A stretch of 64,000 nt of DNA from Fimbriosthenelais zetlandica (lineage: Eukaryota): positions 28,210,001 through 28,274,000 of the forward strand of contig OZ365115.1 in NCBI GenBank assembly GCA_977030845.1. Direction: 5' to 3'. Within the stretch, counting starts at the first letter, position 1; each line of letters begins with the position of its first letter. Under the pieces are notes generated by a model that did not search any database, was not told where the DNA came from, and saw only the letters and a list, made by a program, of their open reading frames with translations. Shown here in pieces: positions 50,508-64,000 of this stretch. The translations under genes and the position numbers were made by a program.

Positions 50508-51439
50508 GTGTTGGATGCTTGAAGGTATACTTAAAAGAGGTTGGTTTGGACTAGGTGGATACTAGTTATACTAGATACTAGTTATAAACTCGTTTCTGGT
50601 GACACCCATTGAATAAAATGTTTTTCTCTCAAGGGTTCCTTTCATCTAGTAAGTGCAAAAACGTGTATTGAGAGAAATAGACAAGAAAATCAATGTTGAA
50701 GTTTGATTCATTTTGATCACTCAGGCATTCCACGGTTCACCACAATACCCACAACATAGTATACCATCTGGATAATATTTAACAATAATGACGACTGCTT
50801 ATAAATAGAGCGTCTGCAGCAGATAAATTAACTCTTGGCATCCTGGATATTGGCAATTAAGACACTTGTCACTGACAGGCACCTTTTGGTGTGTTCTTAT
50901 CAGTACGTGAGTACTGTTTTGCTGGCGGCTCACTGCACAATTGTGACAACACGTGGAACACAGATAAAGAGACGTGAACTTGATCATAATATTAGTCACA
51001 TGAGCCTTTCTTTCTTCTTGTTTTCACGACGGTTTCTGAATTTGGTTTCTGGCAACATATCTTTTTCGGGTAGCAATTGATACCCTTGCAGATGATGGTT
51101 TTGTAGACAAGCTCCACGTGCAAGAAGCACTGCAAGAATCACCAGGCAATGATCCCTGGTAGGATCCAATTAATGTACCTGGCTTTTTGAGATATCCACT
51201 AGATATTCATGACTTACAATTCATTACCATGCTTTTCAATGCCTTCGCACACAGGAGGGGACTGGGTTCATAGATTCCGAGTTACCTAAATTTAGTGCCT
51301 ATTAGAGTACATGGGACATTAATGTCTGTATCAGTTGCACCAGTAAATTTACTCTAAATCACGACAAACGTGTTGATGACAAAAATGTTGGTAGGAGATC
51401 TGCACCTCCGGCAGCAGCAGGAACTGGCTGCAAGCATCA

Positions 51440-53764
51440 CACTGCAAATAGGTTCTGTAAAATCTACATGAGGGTAATGTAATTTCAGCTTAAAATCTGT
51501 CTAATTAGCCAAGTGGGCGCAAGATACATGAGGGTCATGTAAAATTGAGTCGGTAATGGAATAAGGGATTATACCTCATGCATTTTACATGACCCGCATG
51601 TAACTCCCGCTAGTTAAGTTAATTTTACATGACCCGCATGTAATATGGGGGGAATAAGTCAATTTTACATAAAGGATAAGCAGTAAGCATTTATTACATG
51701 ATGCTGGTCCCGAAAGCTAGGCTATATCAGCGGAATCATAATCCTACCCTATACCACTAAGCGCTGAATGGCAGTCTACTGAAAATTAATAATACAAGTG
51801 TCTCTTAAATCATTGTATGCAACTCTGGATCCATACAGTCTATCAAATGACACCACTGAGCGGCCACACAACTTTATATCATTGCATACAATATAATGCG
51901 ATGCATTGCTTTTTAAACTTTACTTATCGTCGGTGCATTAACAGAAAAGTAAACAAGAGCTTTAAGCTATTCAGCCGATATTTCAATTTGTCATGGTCAT
52001 AGATGCGTGTCATAATGCTTGGTATGTATTTCGCCTAGCTATATTAATATAGTAGTATAATGTTATTTTCCTCCAAGAACCCAAGTTTATAGATTTTGAA
52101 TTAGTCAATTTAGACGGGTGTGACTGTAGGTAAAATGGGTAATGGGAAAAGCTGGGAGTTGGAAGATATAATAATGGTGTGGTATTATTAATTCCTACGC
52201 TCCAAATAGCTTTGGTCTTATTGAGTATTTTGGAGTATTACTGTAAAACAGTTTAATTTCGCGTCTTTCAATTCATCATTAATTTCACAATTAATTTCAT
52301 GATACTTATATTAGCGTTTTGGCAATGTTTTCCTATTTCAGTGTACTTTAAGACACTAATTTCGTGTTTCTTAATGTCACGATTTTTTAAAACGCGAGAA
52401 TCGCAAAAGAAAGACACACTCTTAATGTTAGCGTTTTACAGCATACCCCCAACTAAGACTCAGAACAATAGAGGGATTAAGCTTTGTGTAGCCTACACGG
52501 TTGGGGAATGGGGGGTGGGGTAGAGAAGGTTTATTTCCCTTCTAACTCTAGTTGAGAGAGGACGTCTACACGAGGAAGCAATGAAAGCCTTTGGATGATT
52601 TAAAACAGGTAATATTCTTTATATCCTATACTTAATCCATCACATTCTACGGTTTATTTGAAATCATTTCACTAAAGTTATGTCTAATACTTATTTTCGC
52701 ATTTCTTAAAGATTCCAGAAAAAAGAAAGTTATATACACACAGTGAACAACTAATACTAGTAATAGTATCCACAAGTCATACTATGGATTTGCATGGACA
52801 AGATAGGGTAAGTATACACCAAGTAACATCCTCTGAATTTTAAACTTGGCATGATAATTCTCATCTTTATGTGTTTTAAGAGAACAGGGTGTTTCACATT
52901 GCTGAAATACATACAATGGTTGCTGTGATACCCTTAAGGACGATAATTTTGTATATCATACAGGTTGATACTACAAGAGATTTAAAAGGACTGGATAATT
53001 AGTGCTGAATCCACAGTGACTCTCTGTCGCGCCAGTCTGACCACAGGGGGGCAGGCTACACAATGGCAAGTGGTGAGAAAGCTTCAATACCTTGACCCAG
53101 CGGCTTGAACAATAGACCCATATAAAGGTATTTTGTCTATTCTAAAGTTTTAATCTATCTTATAAAGTTAGAAATTATTTGGCTTAAAGAGATAATTCAC
53201 ACTGACTCTCAAGAATTAGAATTAGGCCTACTCCACAATTTGGAGCTAGACCTACTAATAGAAAATGCTTAAAATAGGCCTGTCTGGCAATTGTTCATAT
53301 AACACTGACATTTAATTAAAGTATAAAGTATTTTCTTTCAGGAAAAGGATTACTACTCCAGTCACAGGGTATTGGAAACACAAGGAAAATATATCATAGG
53401 ATGGAGATGAGAATGATAAACATGATGAAATGATGTTGCAAATTGATGAAATAAGGCAAATGATGCAAAATAAAGTCGAAATAAACGAAAATAAAATTAC
53501 TTCTGAGACTCCCATCAGTGCCCCATTATATATAGGATGCCCACCCCTATCAGGCCCCCGCATGCACCCCCCCCCCCCGCCCCTAATTAGCCACCCTCAT
53601 AAGCTCAAATTGCATGACTGTAGTTGGCTTTATGTAAAATGGGATTGAGTGGGTGGTCGCGGCTTAAGCCGATTTTACAGGCAGGATTTTACATGACTGA
53701 CAAAAATGAACCCATACGGTCATGTAGATACTACATGACAGTCATGTAGTTCGTACTTGCAGTG
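51440..53764. mobile_element. Candidate non-autonomous CACTG-terminated (CMC/EnSpm-like) element, ~2.3 kb
   Basis: Ends CACTGCAAATA / reverse complement CACTGCAAGTA, flanked by CA on both sides (2-bp TSD). Subterminal clusters of TACATGAC / GTCATGTA in both orientations at 51466-51650 and 53685-53750. No transposase ORF. Confidence 0.5.
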
Positions 53765-56700
53765 CAGCTTGAAAGCTTTATTTCTAAATCTGCGATTTAC
53801 CCTTCCATTGCATACATTTTACTTCCACCAACGTCACCAGAGCTGAAGGGAATCATCATTTCATTCATGAGTCAACACATTCACTTTCCCTGCTCATTTG
53901 GACTTCCACAAGTTATCAATGCTCATGGGAAATGGACAGGAAAGACTTGAACAGGAAGCCAGAGGTCAAAGGTCGTGAGATTGTGGACTGGTATGAGTGT
54001 GAGGAACAGTGAGAGGTCCATTGGGTTAACACCATTCTGCCATTAGGCTCAACCGCCGGATGACACTGTGCTTCCGATGTGTCGTCCACTGAGGTAACTG
54101 ACCGTTGGGAATTTGATGGCTGAAACCATGACCTTTCTCTAATAGAGCTTGAAAAGCCCGAGTTAAAACGGCCAGGGGACATCCTGCCTGTTCAGAGGAG
54201 GTTATATGGTTATTACTGCATAATTTTCCTGGACGGTTGTCATTTCCAGAAAGGTTTGAAGGAGTATGGGAGGGGAATGGATGGGGTGGTAGTGGACACA
54301 CTATAGATTAAGGTGTCACCTAATATATAATCTGATCAAGTTGATTGCTGGCAGCTTCTTGCCAATGTCAACTGGTGTTCTTTCGTCCTCTAAATAGTAT
54401 TAGCCTGCAAACGTTGGAACGTCTCTAATGAAGATATTTTTTTCCAAACACAACATCCAAAACTGGAGGTTTGAAATTATATTATTCAATTCCATCAAAT
54501 TCAGTAAATACAAATACCAAAGATGACCTTCAATGAAAATGAGCCGTTCGGAGTCCATAGATTGTTAAAATCATAATGGTCTTAGGTCCAATCAAAATTA
54601 TTTAAATCTTTGCTTCTGCGGAGTTTCCCGAGCCAATTTGTAATGCTTAATAGAGACAAGATGATTATGGATGCATTTCTGTTCCGAGCTGAAGGATTTT
54701 TGACCTATCCAAACAGAAATTCTCATAGGAATATAATATTAAAATATTTTGTCTGTAAGTGCACAGTAGATTAACCACCTTCCTCTGGATCCTGATGAGC
54801 TCCATACAAGTGCTAATGAATGAATGTAGAGACCTAACTAATACGTTTGGAGCGATATGACTCGTGGGTCTGCGAGTCTTTGGATAGATCTGATGATATA
54901 TCAATCAATATTAGTGCCGCGGTGTACACCGCCCCATCTCATGGGCCATAGACCTACAGCCCAATGCCTTTACGATGCAATTCATCTTCCCTCTGCAGCT
55001 CCCCTCCCCAGGTGACTTCTAATGTTAGAAGCAAGGCTTCCAGAGCTGCAATAAAGGACAAATCCTTCTTGTAGGTCTTATATCAATGACGAGCCGTCAA
55101 TGTGGATATGTGTTGCGCTAATCTAATGATAAATAGCAATAAATAATAATGGGATTGCATATAACATGAAATAAATGTCATCCTCAGTGTCCGGGAATTG
55201 AGAAAAAATGGCGTTGCTCTGTTGAAGGGAGCCTATAATTCCCTACTCACACTATTTAAAAAAAAATGAATCCCTGAGCAGCCCGAAGCAGATTATAGGC
55301 TGTCAGAAACAGATTCAGAAGCAACCCTTCTGATGCAACGTTTTCATTAAATATAAATATCAACACTACAACTAACTGCAAAATATAATATTGGTTGGAA
55401 TATGTGGCATGGTATGTTCTCTTGTTGCTATATAACTGCAGCAGTCCACAGCTATGAATCAATAGAATGATGAGACTGAAGATAATTTGCTTCCAGCACT
55501 GTAGCTCTGTATTCAAATGGTTGTTTTTTTTGCTACTCCTTCAAAGACAGTCTGACAATGCCGAGTGATTGCAGCTCCTCAATCCCCCATATTATGAAAC
55601 AGGGAAATATGAAAAGAAACTGATATGAGCTGCGAAAATTGATATCTGGAGGCTGTGATGATTCTTCCCTGCAAAGACACTGAATATAGGCCTGTTTACA
55701 CTGCACCAATTAAGCCGATGCATCAACGGTTTGGTTTGAGGTGCAAGACGAGGCCCAATGCAACCCAGCAAAAGTCTTATGAAACGACGATTTATCCAGA
55801 AATGTGTTCGCCTTTTTATTTTGATCTAAAAACGTTCCAAATGTCGGTTTGATGGATCACTTGAACATTCCCCAAACAAATAGATGGAGTGGCTCCAAGA
55901 AGCCTGTCATATTGAACATCCATTTGGCACTTCAATCATCTTGGTGTGTTAGGATGTCCACCATAAGCAGAGAGCTGTATTCAAGCAAGAAACCTCTTAA
56001 TGTAGTCTGAAAGTCTTTCTGTCTTTCGGCCTTCATTTGAGAGTACGTAGAATTCAAAGCAGGGACGAGAAGTAAAAAAAAAACTTTCTCATCATTTCAA
56101 ATTCAGCTTGCTGGCCATGAAAGGAACTGTTCAAGGGGAATCAATCAGCACATCCTGCTCCTCTGAAAAATGTCCTGTTTCAAGGCAAGTTGAAGGTTAT
56201 CACATTTAAAACTGATTCACCCAAAGGGAATTCATAGTTTCTGTGGCAATCAATTCCATCAGCAAATTGATGACGCCTAATTATGACTGCGACTATAATT
56301 GGCAAGTCCTTGCAATTTAATGGTTTTCCTCTGGAAGCTATGGATTCATTTGCTTGCTTTGAGAAAAATAGTAAATATTATAGAGGTCAATGCCATATTG
56401 TTTCTTTTAACCTTTTACAATATCTTGACTTCCTTGGTTTGATCAATAAACTATACTAAACAACAACCATCAGGACTACATATTATTTGTTTTACTCCAT
56501 TATAATATAGACAAGTTTATTGACTTCCATGTTTATTCTAATTCTAAAAATTAATAATAAAAGCACCTGTGTCAACAAATAAATTATAAACTAATATTCA
56601 CCAGACACCTGAAGTAAATTGCCTCTGAGATAGGCAGGCATGAAATTCGCCTCACTCAGGCTCTAATATAGGCACCGGGGCGTGTGGAGGGCATGAATTG

Positions 56701-57150
56701 CCTTGGGAGTCTTTTATCAACCCAATATTACGTCGACGCACGTTGCCTGTTAAACCTTGCCCGTGCCCATGCGCAGCAACAGAAGGCCCTATAGTTCCGG
56801 TGCTGTCAGGAGGGGCCATACAGGTCAGAACATTACCTTGGGCGGTACAGGCCAAGAAAATGGCAAAATGTGTTTCACTGTCACATTGCCAATTGACTAA
56901 TATGATAAGCAATCTATAAGTCTCTGATGTTTTCCCTGGTATTGATCAGAAATTTATTATGGGTTATGAATTTTTACAGGAAAATTAGTTAAAGGAAAGT
57001 CATAATTTTATAGAGCTATGCAAACAGTCCAAGGCCAAATTATAATAGAGCCCTGTTTAAAAATATTCTTTTACACATTTTATATGACCCAAAGCAAATA
57101 TTTTTTCGTGGCCTCATTGTCACGTGACGATAAATGAATGATGGGATATC

Positions 57151-57258
57151 AACCGGAAGTGTGTCTTGTGCTGCCCCCTGTATGTTGTAGAGGACACAAC
57201 AATGGAGACGTGTACAACATCACTGACGCTCATCACAATAGACAAGACACTTCCTGTT
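57151..57258. repeat. Short imperfect inverted repeat
   Basis: AACCGGAAGTGTGTCTTGT ... ACAAGACACTTCCTGTT (about 17 paired bases). Confidence 0.4.
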
Positions 57259-59852
57259 ACCTAGCAATGATGAAAATATCTTCAGTCCTCCAGACATTCA
57301 ATCGGAACCGTTAAAAAGTATGGAGCCTGCATTTCTGAACATAAATGCTCCCAACTGCTATTTCCCTTTCAATATATAAAGTGTGAATGCGTTTCTGTAA
57401 TATAAATTTCTCAACTGCTATTTTCTATTTAATATTCATAAGATCTGCACAATATTATGTTACATTTAGAATGTTTTCAGCTGAGACATCTTATATTAAA
57501 CAGACTCAAAGGATAAATACCTTTTAAGATAACGGTATGTACATAATAAAAAAAATAACTGTCACCACGCCCATAATTTAGGATCAAGACTATCGAAATG
57601 CCCGACAGGCAAAGAAGGCACCCTAACAAATATTAAGAACTTATTGAAGAATCAAATATTGAAGAATCAGCTGTACCAGAATAGAGACACATACGTATAT
57701 GTCCATATGGGACATAAATAATGGTTATCTGAAAATCCATATGATGGTCATTCACACTTATGTTATGGGACCGGCCTTCGGCATGCATTAGATTCGACCA
57801 ATCTACAGCAGGCCTTTGATGCCCAGCATCAATAATAAATTGTCATCCAGGTTAGGATGCTTTCCTCTACCTGTTACTTTTATCATAGGTTGCCTCGGGC
57901 TGATATCTTGTGTAGCCCTATATTTCCGATATTTCCTCCTTTTAAGGAAGGAAAGGGAAGATAGTACAATATATGAGGTGATTTCCAGCCATGATGGGTG
58001 GATAGGTTGAAGAGAGAGAAAGTGGGTGTAAGGATTCAGTGCATAACATAATTGAGTGAGCATTTGCTTAACCTTCCTTCATGTATTCAGCAACTCAAGA
58101 CGAGTTTTATAACAAATTTCTTGAAAAATGCAGCAACTTAGCGATTGTGAAGCAAATACAAACCTTGTAATAAGTTTTCAAATGCCCACTCCTTGTAATT
58201 TGAATACATATATACAAACTCCCTGTGGCAAAATGCACAATATAAGCTATGGCTCAGGAAACTCCATCAGTTTGATGAGCAAAAGCCTCATAATAACAGA
58301 TTGACTGTTTGCCTGGGAAAGTCTACTATAAATTGCTTTAGGTTTTTGCAATACTGTCCACAGATGAGAGGTACCCGGTGCTAGTAACAAAATCATGGTG
58401 AGACCTTGACATGAGGTAAGTCAAGGTCAAAGGTTAAAAGTCGAGTTTCGTGTCGTATCACGTGCTGACATCCACCAATGGCGAGCCAGGGTTTAGATGA
58501 CAAAATATATTAGATATTCCTCAGGTTTCAGCCCCATGTCGGAGGAGATCAGGATCGAAGCTTTCTCATATAGAATGGATCGAAAAAGGGGGTTCAGTTG
58601 AATACTAATTGCACATTCGTGTACTATTTTAAACAAAAACAACAGGGCCCCAGAGATGTATCATTTTCTAAGTGCATTTTTAGCTTCAGTAATAATATTT
58701 ATCACCAAAGTTTCCCCATTATTTGGCTACGGTGAACCTCAAGTCATGTACATAACATTTGTTTTGAAACATCCCCCGCGACCTTGCCTTTCCATTTTAA
58801 ACTTTCTTCCTTGGGGACAGGAATGAAGGGAGTGAAATACCTCTGAAACTTTCACTATATATAACAAATACCCTACTTTGACCTTTCCTCGCCCTCCCAG
58901 CACTCCTTAATTAATCCCCTTGCTTAGCGTGACGCGAAGTAAATACTTGCTGCAAAGGGAGCCAACCCATAAAAAAGGAAATTTGTTTTCTTCGCTTTTT
59001 TGTGGTATCCATTCAGTCCTAGTGCTATCATCGTAAATCTTTTAAACAAAAAGGCGATTTAAAGGCATTGTTAAAGGTTATGTACCCTGCAGACAATGTG
59101 CCGTCAATATTTTTTTATAGTAGCCTAAATTAGTAACCTAATATTATTTCTAAACCTGAGCGATTTCAACATTTTTCAAGTTTAAGTATTATCCATATAT
59201 AGGCCGTATATTTCACAACGCGCGGTAATCCTAATGCTAATCTAAGCATACAATATCTATTATGAATACATTAACCAATGATTGAGCTCACAATGTGATA
59301 AGTCCAAACTGTGAAAAGCCTATATTAAGTTTTGTCTGTTTCTATTGTTAAATTGTTTGAAGTTTCATAACTAAAATGCGCTACACTCTAAACATACCAT
59401 TGTCTAAAATACCCCATGGGATTTCACATCAAAGGACAGGAATAGTTATCCTGAAGACTGTCTGTGTGCATTAAAATGCAAGAGAAGTGTAATGGGTGCT
59501 TGTACATACGACAATAGCCGTTATGCAATCGTTACGGTTTGACATCCTGGAAATAGCTTGGGGGATTAAACATGGCAATTAACCACTAGATATACTATAT
59601 AGAAGGACAATAGTGGAGCAATCATAGACCTCCCCTGGGGTTTTCAGGGTTTTAGGGACTACTTCCAAATATATAGGGGTACTGCTTTCTCTCTCCCTCG
59701 CATTCAACCTCACTCACTGTCTCTTATGCATTGACAGTTGTTCTTGTGATGGCAGTGGACACTTACCAATATACCGAAACTCAATATTAGTGAATTATTT
59801 TGCAAGGACTATTTTAAAGATTTTGGACAAACCATACCTATCAACTTGTCCA

Positions 59853-62800
59853 ATGGCAGATATGACGGACTTTTGGAACTTGAAGAGAAGCTCAGGTAAT
59901 GTTGAGACCTTGTCCAAATCTATAGATTGTCCAACATAGATATGTTGGTAAGCATATAATATTGTCTTATAATAGATGACTATGCCATGGTACAGAACGT
60001 TTCAATTGAGATGTATACAGTTATACTTTACTAAAAACATTTAATTTAGGCCTTGCACATAATGTATCGAAGATAACTAATTCTGAAGTTCCTAGCCTTA
60101 GGTAATCTGCAGAATCTTCCATTATTAGAGTAATTTCGTAATTTCAGATGATACCTGGCCAAACAACAACGATGGCAATATTTCGGTAATATCTTACTAT
60201 ATTAGCTGTTTTCATTCTGCTTGAAGTATAGAACATGGTTTCCCCCCACATTCTTAAATCCTGGATCAATTTATTACAATATAATTAAACGTTTCATTAA
60301 TTTGAATATTTTAACTATTCCACATTTAAACAGACTATTGTACTGGCTAACAACCCCCTGGAAGACAAAAAGTTCACCGAGCCTAAAGGAAATTCAGCAC
60401 TTGCGACATGGAAGCATGACCTCTACCAGTTCAGTCAAGATACAACCTTCCATGCTATTAAACAAATAACTGAAGACAAGTCATATATATTCAGGAGGTC
60501 TGTATAAATTCCCGTCAATCTTAGGGTAGAGATAATAATGCCATCTGAATATTAAACCTTTGTACAGTTCTTAGAAAAATACAGAATTTAATTTCAAATA
60601 ATTATGTCACAACCAAATGGGGATGGGGATGAAATAGCACCACATTTCTGTTAATAACTCAGGATGCCATCTGACTTTCTCATTATACGCATCATCCATA
60701 TAACATTTTGGATTAAAAAGAAGCCATGTTTACACACTTTCAATATTGCTAATTTTGATTTTTACAACTTTTCCTTGTGTCATTACAGACTCTTCTGGGC
60801 GATTCTGTTAGTGCTGGGGCTGGTAGCTTTCTCTCTACAGATGCAAAACAGTGTGACACATTACCTGAGTAACCCAGTCTCCGTTAATATGAACATTAAT
60901 TACAATGACACGCTTCGATTTCCTGCTGTCACTGTTTGCAATCAAAATGCCTTCAGGTAAGCTTTTTTCACTCCGCAGCCAATTTATAGAAAAAGTTGAA
61001 TTATCTTATTACAACAGTAACATTTAAGTAATAAGGAAAAGTAATAATCAAACGTTAAAGCAAGTTTAATTTGTTCTTTCTTCAATTAAAGATTGAGCAA
61101 TGCAGTGGAAAGAGGGATGTATAAGAACCTAACAGAGATATATGCTGGACGTATGTCACCCAACCTGAAAAATAAGCTGACGGATATGCCTTACAATGAA
61201 CTACTAATGGTGCTGGCTCACATCAAGAAGGATTTCATCAAGAAGTAATACCTAATAATTAGTTGTTTTAACACGAGTAAACACTCATAGATTTAAAATC
61301 AGATTGTACCATAAAGGACCCAAATTATGGAATCATCTCCCAAGTTATTAACCTATAAACAAGGATAGTGTCCAATCTCTTTCTGCTTCATTTACCTTTT
61401 CCCTTAAACTCAAGGACATTCAGTGTCACAGGTACAAGGTAAATCAGACTAGCTTCCATTGTTGAATCTTTTAAATGCAGATCTAATGTGTTCTATGTCC
61501 ATCTTGTTAAGGATATAGATTCAATGCCGTTCAGTACACATGACACATTTTCTCCTATTATAAGGTGCCTCTGGCGCATGAAGCCTTGTGAGGAAGATGA
61601 CCTGGAACTTTCAATCACCGACTTCGGAGTCTGTTTCACTTTCAACCACCACAAGAAACAACCTACCAAGGAAATAACTCAGTCCGGTGAGGATCCATCC
61701 TCTTTCTTCCAATAAAACTTTTAATGTCCAATAAAAGTGGATATTAAAATGTCAAATTTGAAAGGTTACTTGAGAAATTGAAGCAGGGATACCTTGGATT
61801 TCATTCAAATACAGCCTTATTTGACAGGGAATTAATATCCAATTCTCTAACATGCTCTGGATACTAATAATCGAACATTAAATTTACTCTTCATTTAGTT
61901 CATGTCTTTTCTATTAATTTTTGTTCTATACTTTTTCTTAGGAGCTCAGTGGGGTTTGTTGTTAGAGGTGAACGTTGAGCAGTATGAATATATGGCTGGA
62001 CCATTTGCTGGAGCTGGAGTCCGGGTTCAAGTACACGAACCTGACGTACCAGCAAACGTAAGAGAGCAGGGTCAAGCTTTCTCACCCGGTACCAGAGGCT
62101 TCATGGGTATCTCTATCATAGAGGTATGTATAAGCCGCACCTGCCTATAAAGCGCACCCCCTGGCCGCTCGGGTTAAAGTATCATGAACGTCAGGGCCCC
62201 ATTTCAAAACAAAAATTAGCCATTGACTTAGCATTGCTAATTTTTCTTTTAAAATTGACCCCTGATACATTTTCTTCAACTATATGACCATATATCCTTG
62301 TAATTAGTTCAGTCCCAAAGGTAGTCAGATTTCAATAGTAAAGGTCACAATCGAAGTGGTCTAAATGACAATTGATATGTCATATCAAATAGAATACTAT
62401 CATGTATGAATATATGTACAGGAGATACAATAATGCCTCCCGGCTGCAGGGCAGAATTGTGAATTGTCCTATCAAATATTGACAATCTTCCCTACTTTTG
62501 AATGTGACGATTCATAATGTCCCTTCTTGATATAATTTACACATAATAATGTGTAACCAACATCACACTGACATCATTTTCACCAAAGGATGTCACAATT
62601 TCAGGTTGGCGATTTGGAACCGCCTTTTGGCGAGTGTAGAAATGGGAAGAGACTGAAAACCTTCAGTCGTTACACTAAACAAGCCTGTTTGGACGAGTGC
62701 AAAGAAGCACATGTTGCCAAGGCCTGCAAGTGCCACCATAGCTACCGTGTTCCTGGAGTGAATGTAACCAGAGGTAAGACCTATCAATGAAAATGGCCTC

Positions 62801-64000
62801 CAAATTACCTCTGGAGAGTAGAGATTAATGAAGCTCATACTGGCTACACTGTTACAAGATTACATTTTGTGGGGTAGTCCACTGAGTTTTTTTTTCTTTG
62901 CGGGTGATGTGATCTCCATCAACTGATCTAAAAAATATAGACAAAATATTCGTCTTCGGGGAGAGTAAGACAGGCTCAAAATATAACCCGTGTGCTGTAA
63001 TACCTGAGAGGTATTAATAAAAATGGGTTACATACATTAAATTGCATTTGATCACATCGTGTATGGTTGATGCAAATACTGCATAGATCTCCAAATATTT
63101 TCTATTGCTTCAGGTGATTTGCATGTGCAGTACCCTGAATGCACTCTGGGCCAGCATTTGAGTTGTGTCATGCCAACTATTGGTAAGTATGAAAAGCCTT
63201 GTCAAAACTAAAAGCCACTTTTGAAAAAAACAAAAAACACTTAGAAAAGATTTTAGAAAATAACCCAATAATAACCCGGATTTGCCCAATAATTAAGATT
63301 AATGAAAGCATTCGCCGTATTTCACTGGGAGGGTTAATTGTGTCAAGTTTGAGTCCCAACTTTGGACGGGCATAATTCTGAAGTTGATTTGTAATTGCTA
63401 TTCCAGATGGCATGGATAAAATCAAGAGTACATGTGACTGTCCCCATGCATGTCAGAGAACCATTTACCAAAGCACAATATCCTATGCTTCTAATTCAAA
63501 CTTCGGTATGGATGGTACACTCGCAACTCTTGATAGAGAAAGCCTGAGTGAGAGATATCACCAAACCAGAGACACACGAGAAATGTTTGATCCATCCAGA
63601 AGAAATAAAGATATTCAGGAAGCTAAAAAGATGAAAGAACTTATCAATAAAATGGACATTTTACTGTCACTTCTACTACATAAAGGATTCCGCCTGAGCC
63701 ATTTTATAGATGCCAGGAGAAAGGAACTTGTCCAACGTATGGATTTCCATGTTCTAAATGGGCTAGAACACGTCAAATCACTAATTGAGCACTATTACAT
63801 CCATCCGTGGAATTATCTTGATGAAAGTCTCTTTCAAGCTCTGACAAGTGGCATTCGGGATTTTGTCACTGACTTTGAAATGATGACAAAACTTCTGCGG
63901 TCCGTGTATTTGGATGAAACTGCGCTTAATAAACAGTTATTGTGGAGCACTGTTGATAGAAATCTCAATATGCTCTCCTCCAAAGCTGAAACGGCTAAGA
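59853..64000 (+). CDS. DEG/ENaC/ASIC-family ion channel subunit, 3'-truncated by window end
   Basis: Exons 59853-59895 and 60148-60185 (tentative), 60334-60497, 60789-60956, 61092-61244, 61565-61686, 61942-62123, 62605-62773, 63114-63182, 63407->64000 (open to the end). Motifs TTFHA (pre-TM1), TM1 LFWAILLVLGLVAFSLQM, FPAVTVCNQN, GVCFTFN, GLLLEVNVEQYEY, GVRVQVHEP, thumb Cys cluster (C..EC....V...CKC; CDCPHAC). Confidence 0.9.

Noticed and set aside
53916-56400. Short ORFs of 60-90 aa in a moderately GC-rich gene-free stretch
   Set aside because: Frames are interrupted by stops and I could find no domain motif or coherent exon chain. This may be decayed transposon sequence, and BLASTX would be needed.
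1-64000. tRNA, rRNA, snRNA or prokaryotic operon features
   Set aside because: No cloverleaf, rRNA-like or Shine-Dalgarno/operon organisation was recognised. The spliceosomal gene structure shows the DNA is eukaryotic. A covariance-model search (tRNAscan-SE, Infernal) was not possible.

Overview
Gene-dense, AT-rich, intron-containing animal genomic DNA with GT-AG introns, most likely from a marine invertebrate bilaterian (taxon not assignable from sequence alone). Most entries in the supplied ORF track are exon fragments or spurious. Manual splicing, checked for GT/AG boundaries and reading phase, gives 10 protein-coding units: (1) a 14-exon membrane guanylate cyclase with a NIT (nitrate/nitrite-sensing) domain between two TM helices (-, 2017-9926); (2) a Cys-rich type I membrane protein of unknown function (-, 11208-13203); (3) a CHST/HNK-1-family sulfotransferase with a degenerate PAPS motif (+, 15195-17186); (4) a secreted YHYH-domain protein with a ~540-aa Pro/Ser/Thr-rich tail (-, 18355-21887); (5-7) three tandem galactose-3-O-sulfotransferase-like catalytic exons (+, 28141-33536), where the middle copy is mosaic and appears to lack room for its own promoter and first exon; (8) an SLC43-family transporter (-, 33983-40446); (9) an SLC7 cationic amino-acid transporter (-, 42553-49829); (10) a DEG/ENaC/ASIC-family channel with a very large insertion at the knuckle position, running off the window end (+, 59853->64000). 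Non-coding DNA holds several MITEs and hairpins, a fold-back AT-rich minisatellite, a probable DIRS-type retrotransposon remnant and a candidate CACTG-terminated element. No rRNA, tRNA or CRISPR array was recognised. Family assignments come from motif recognition, not database searches.
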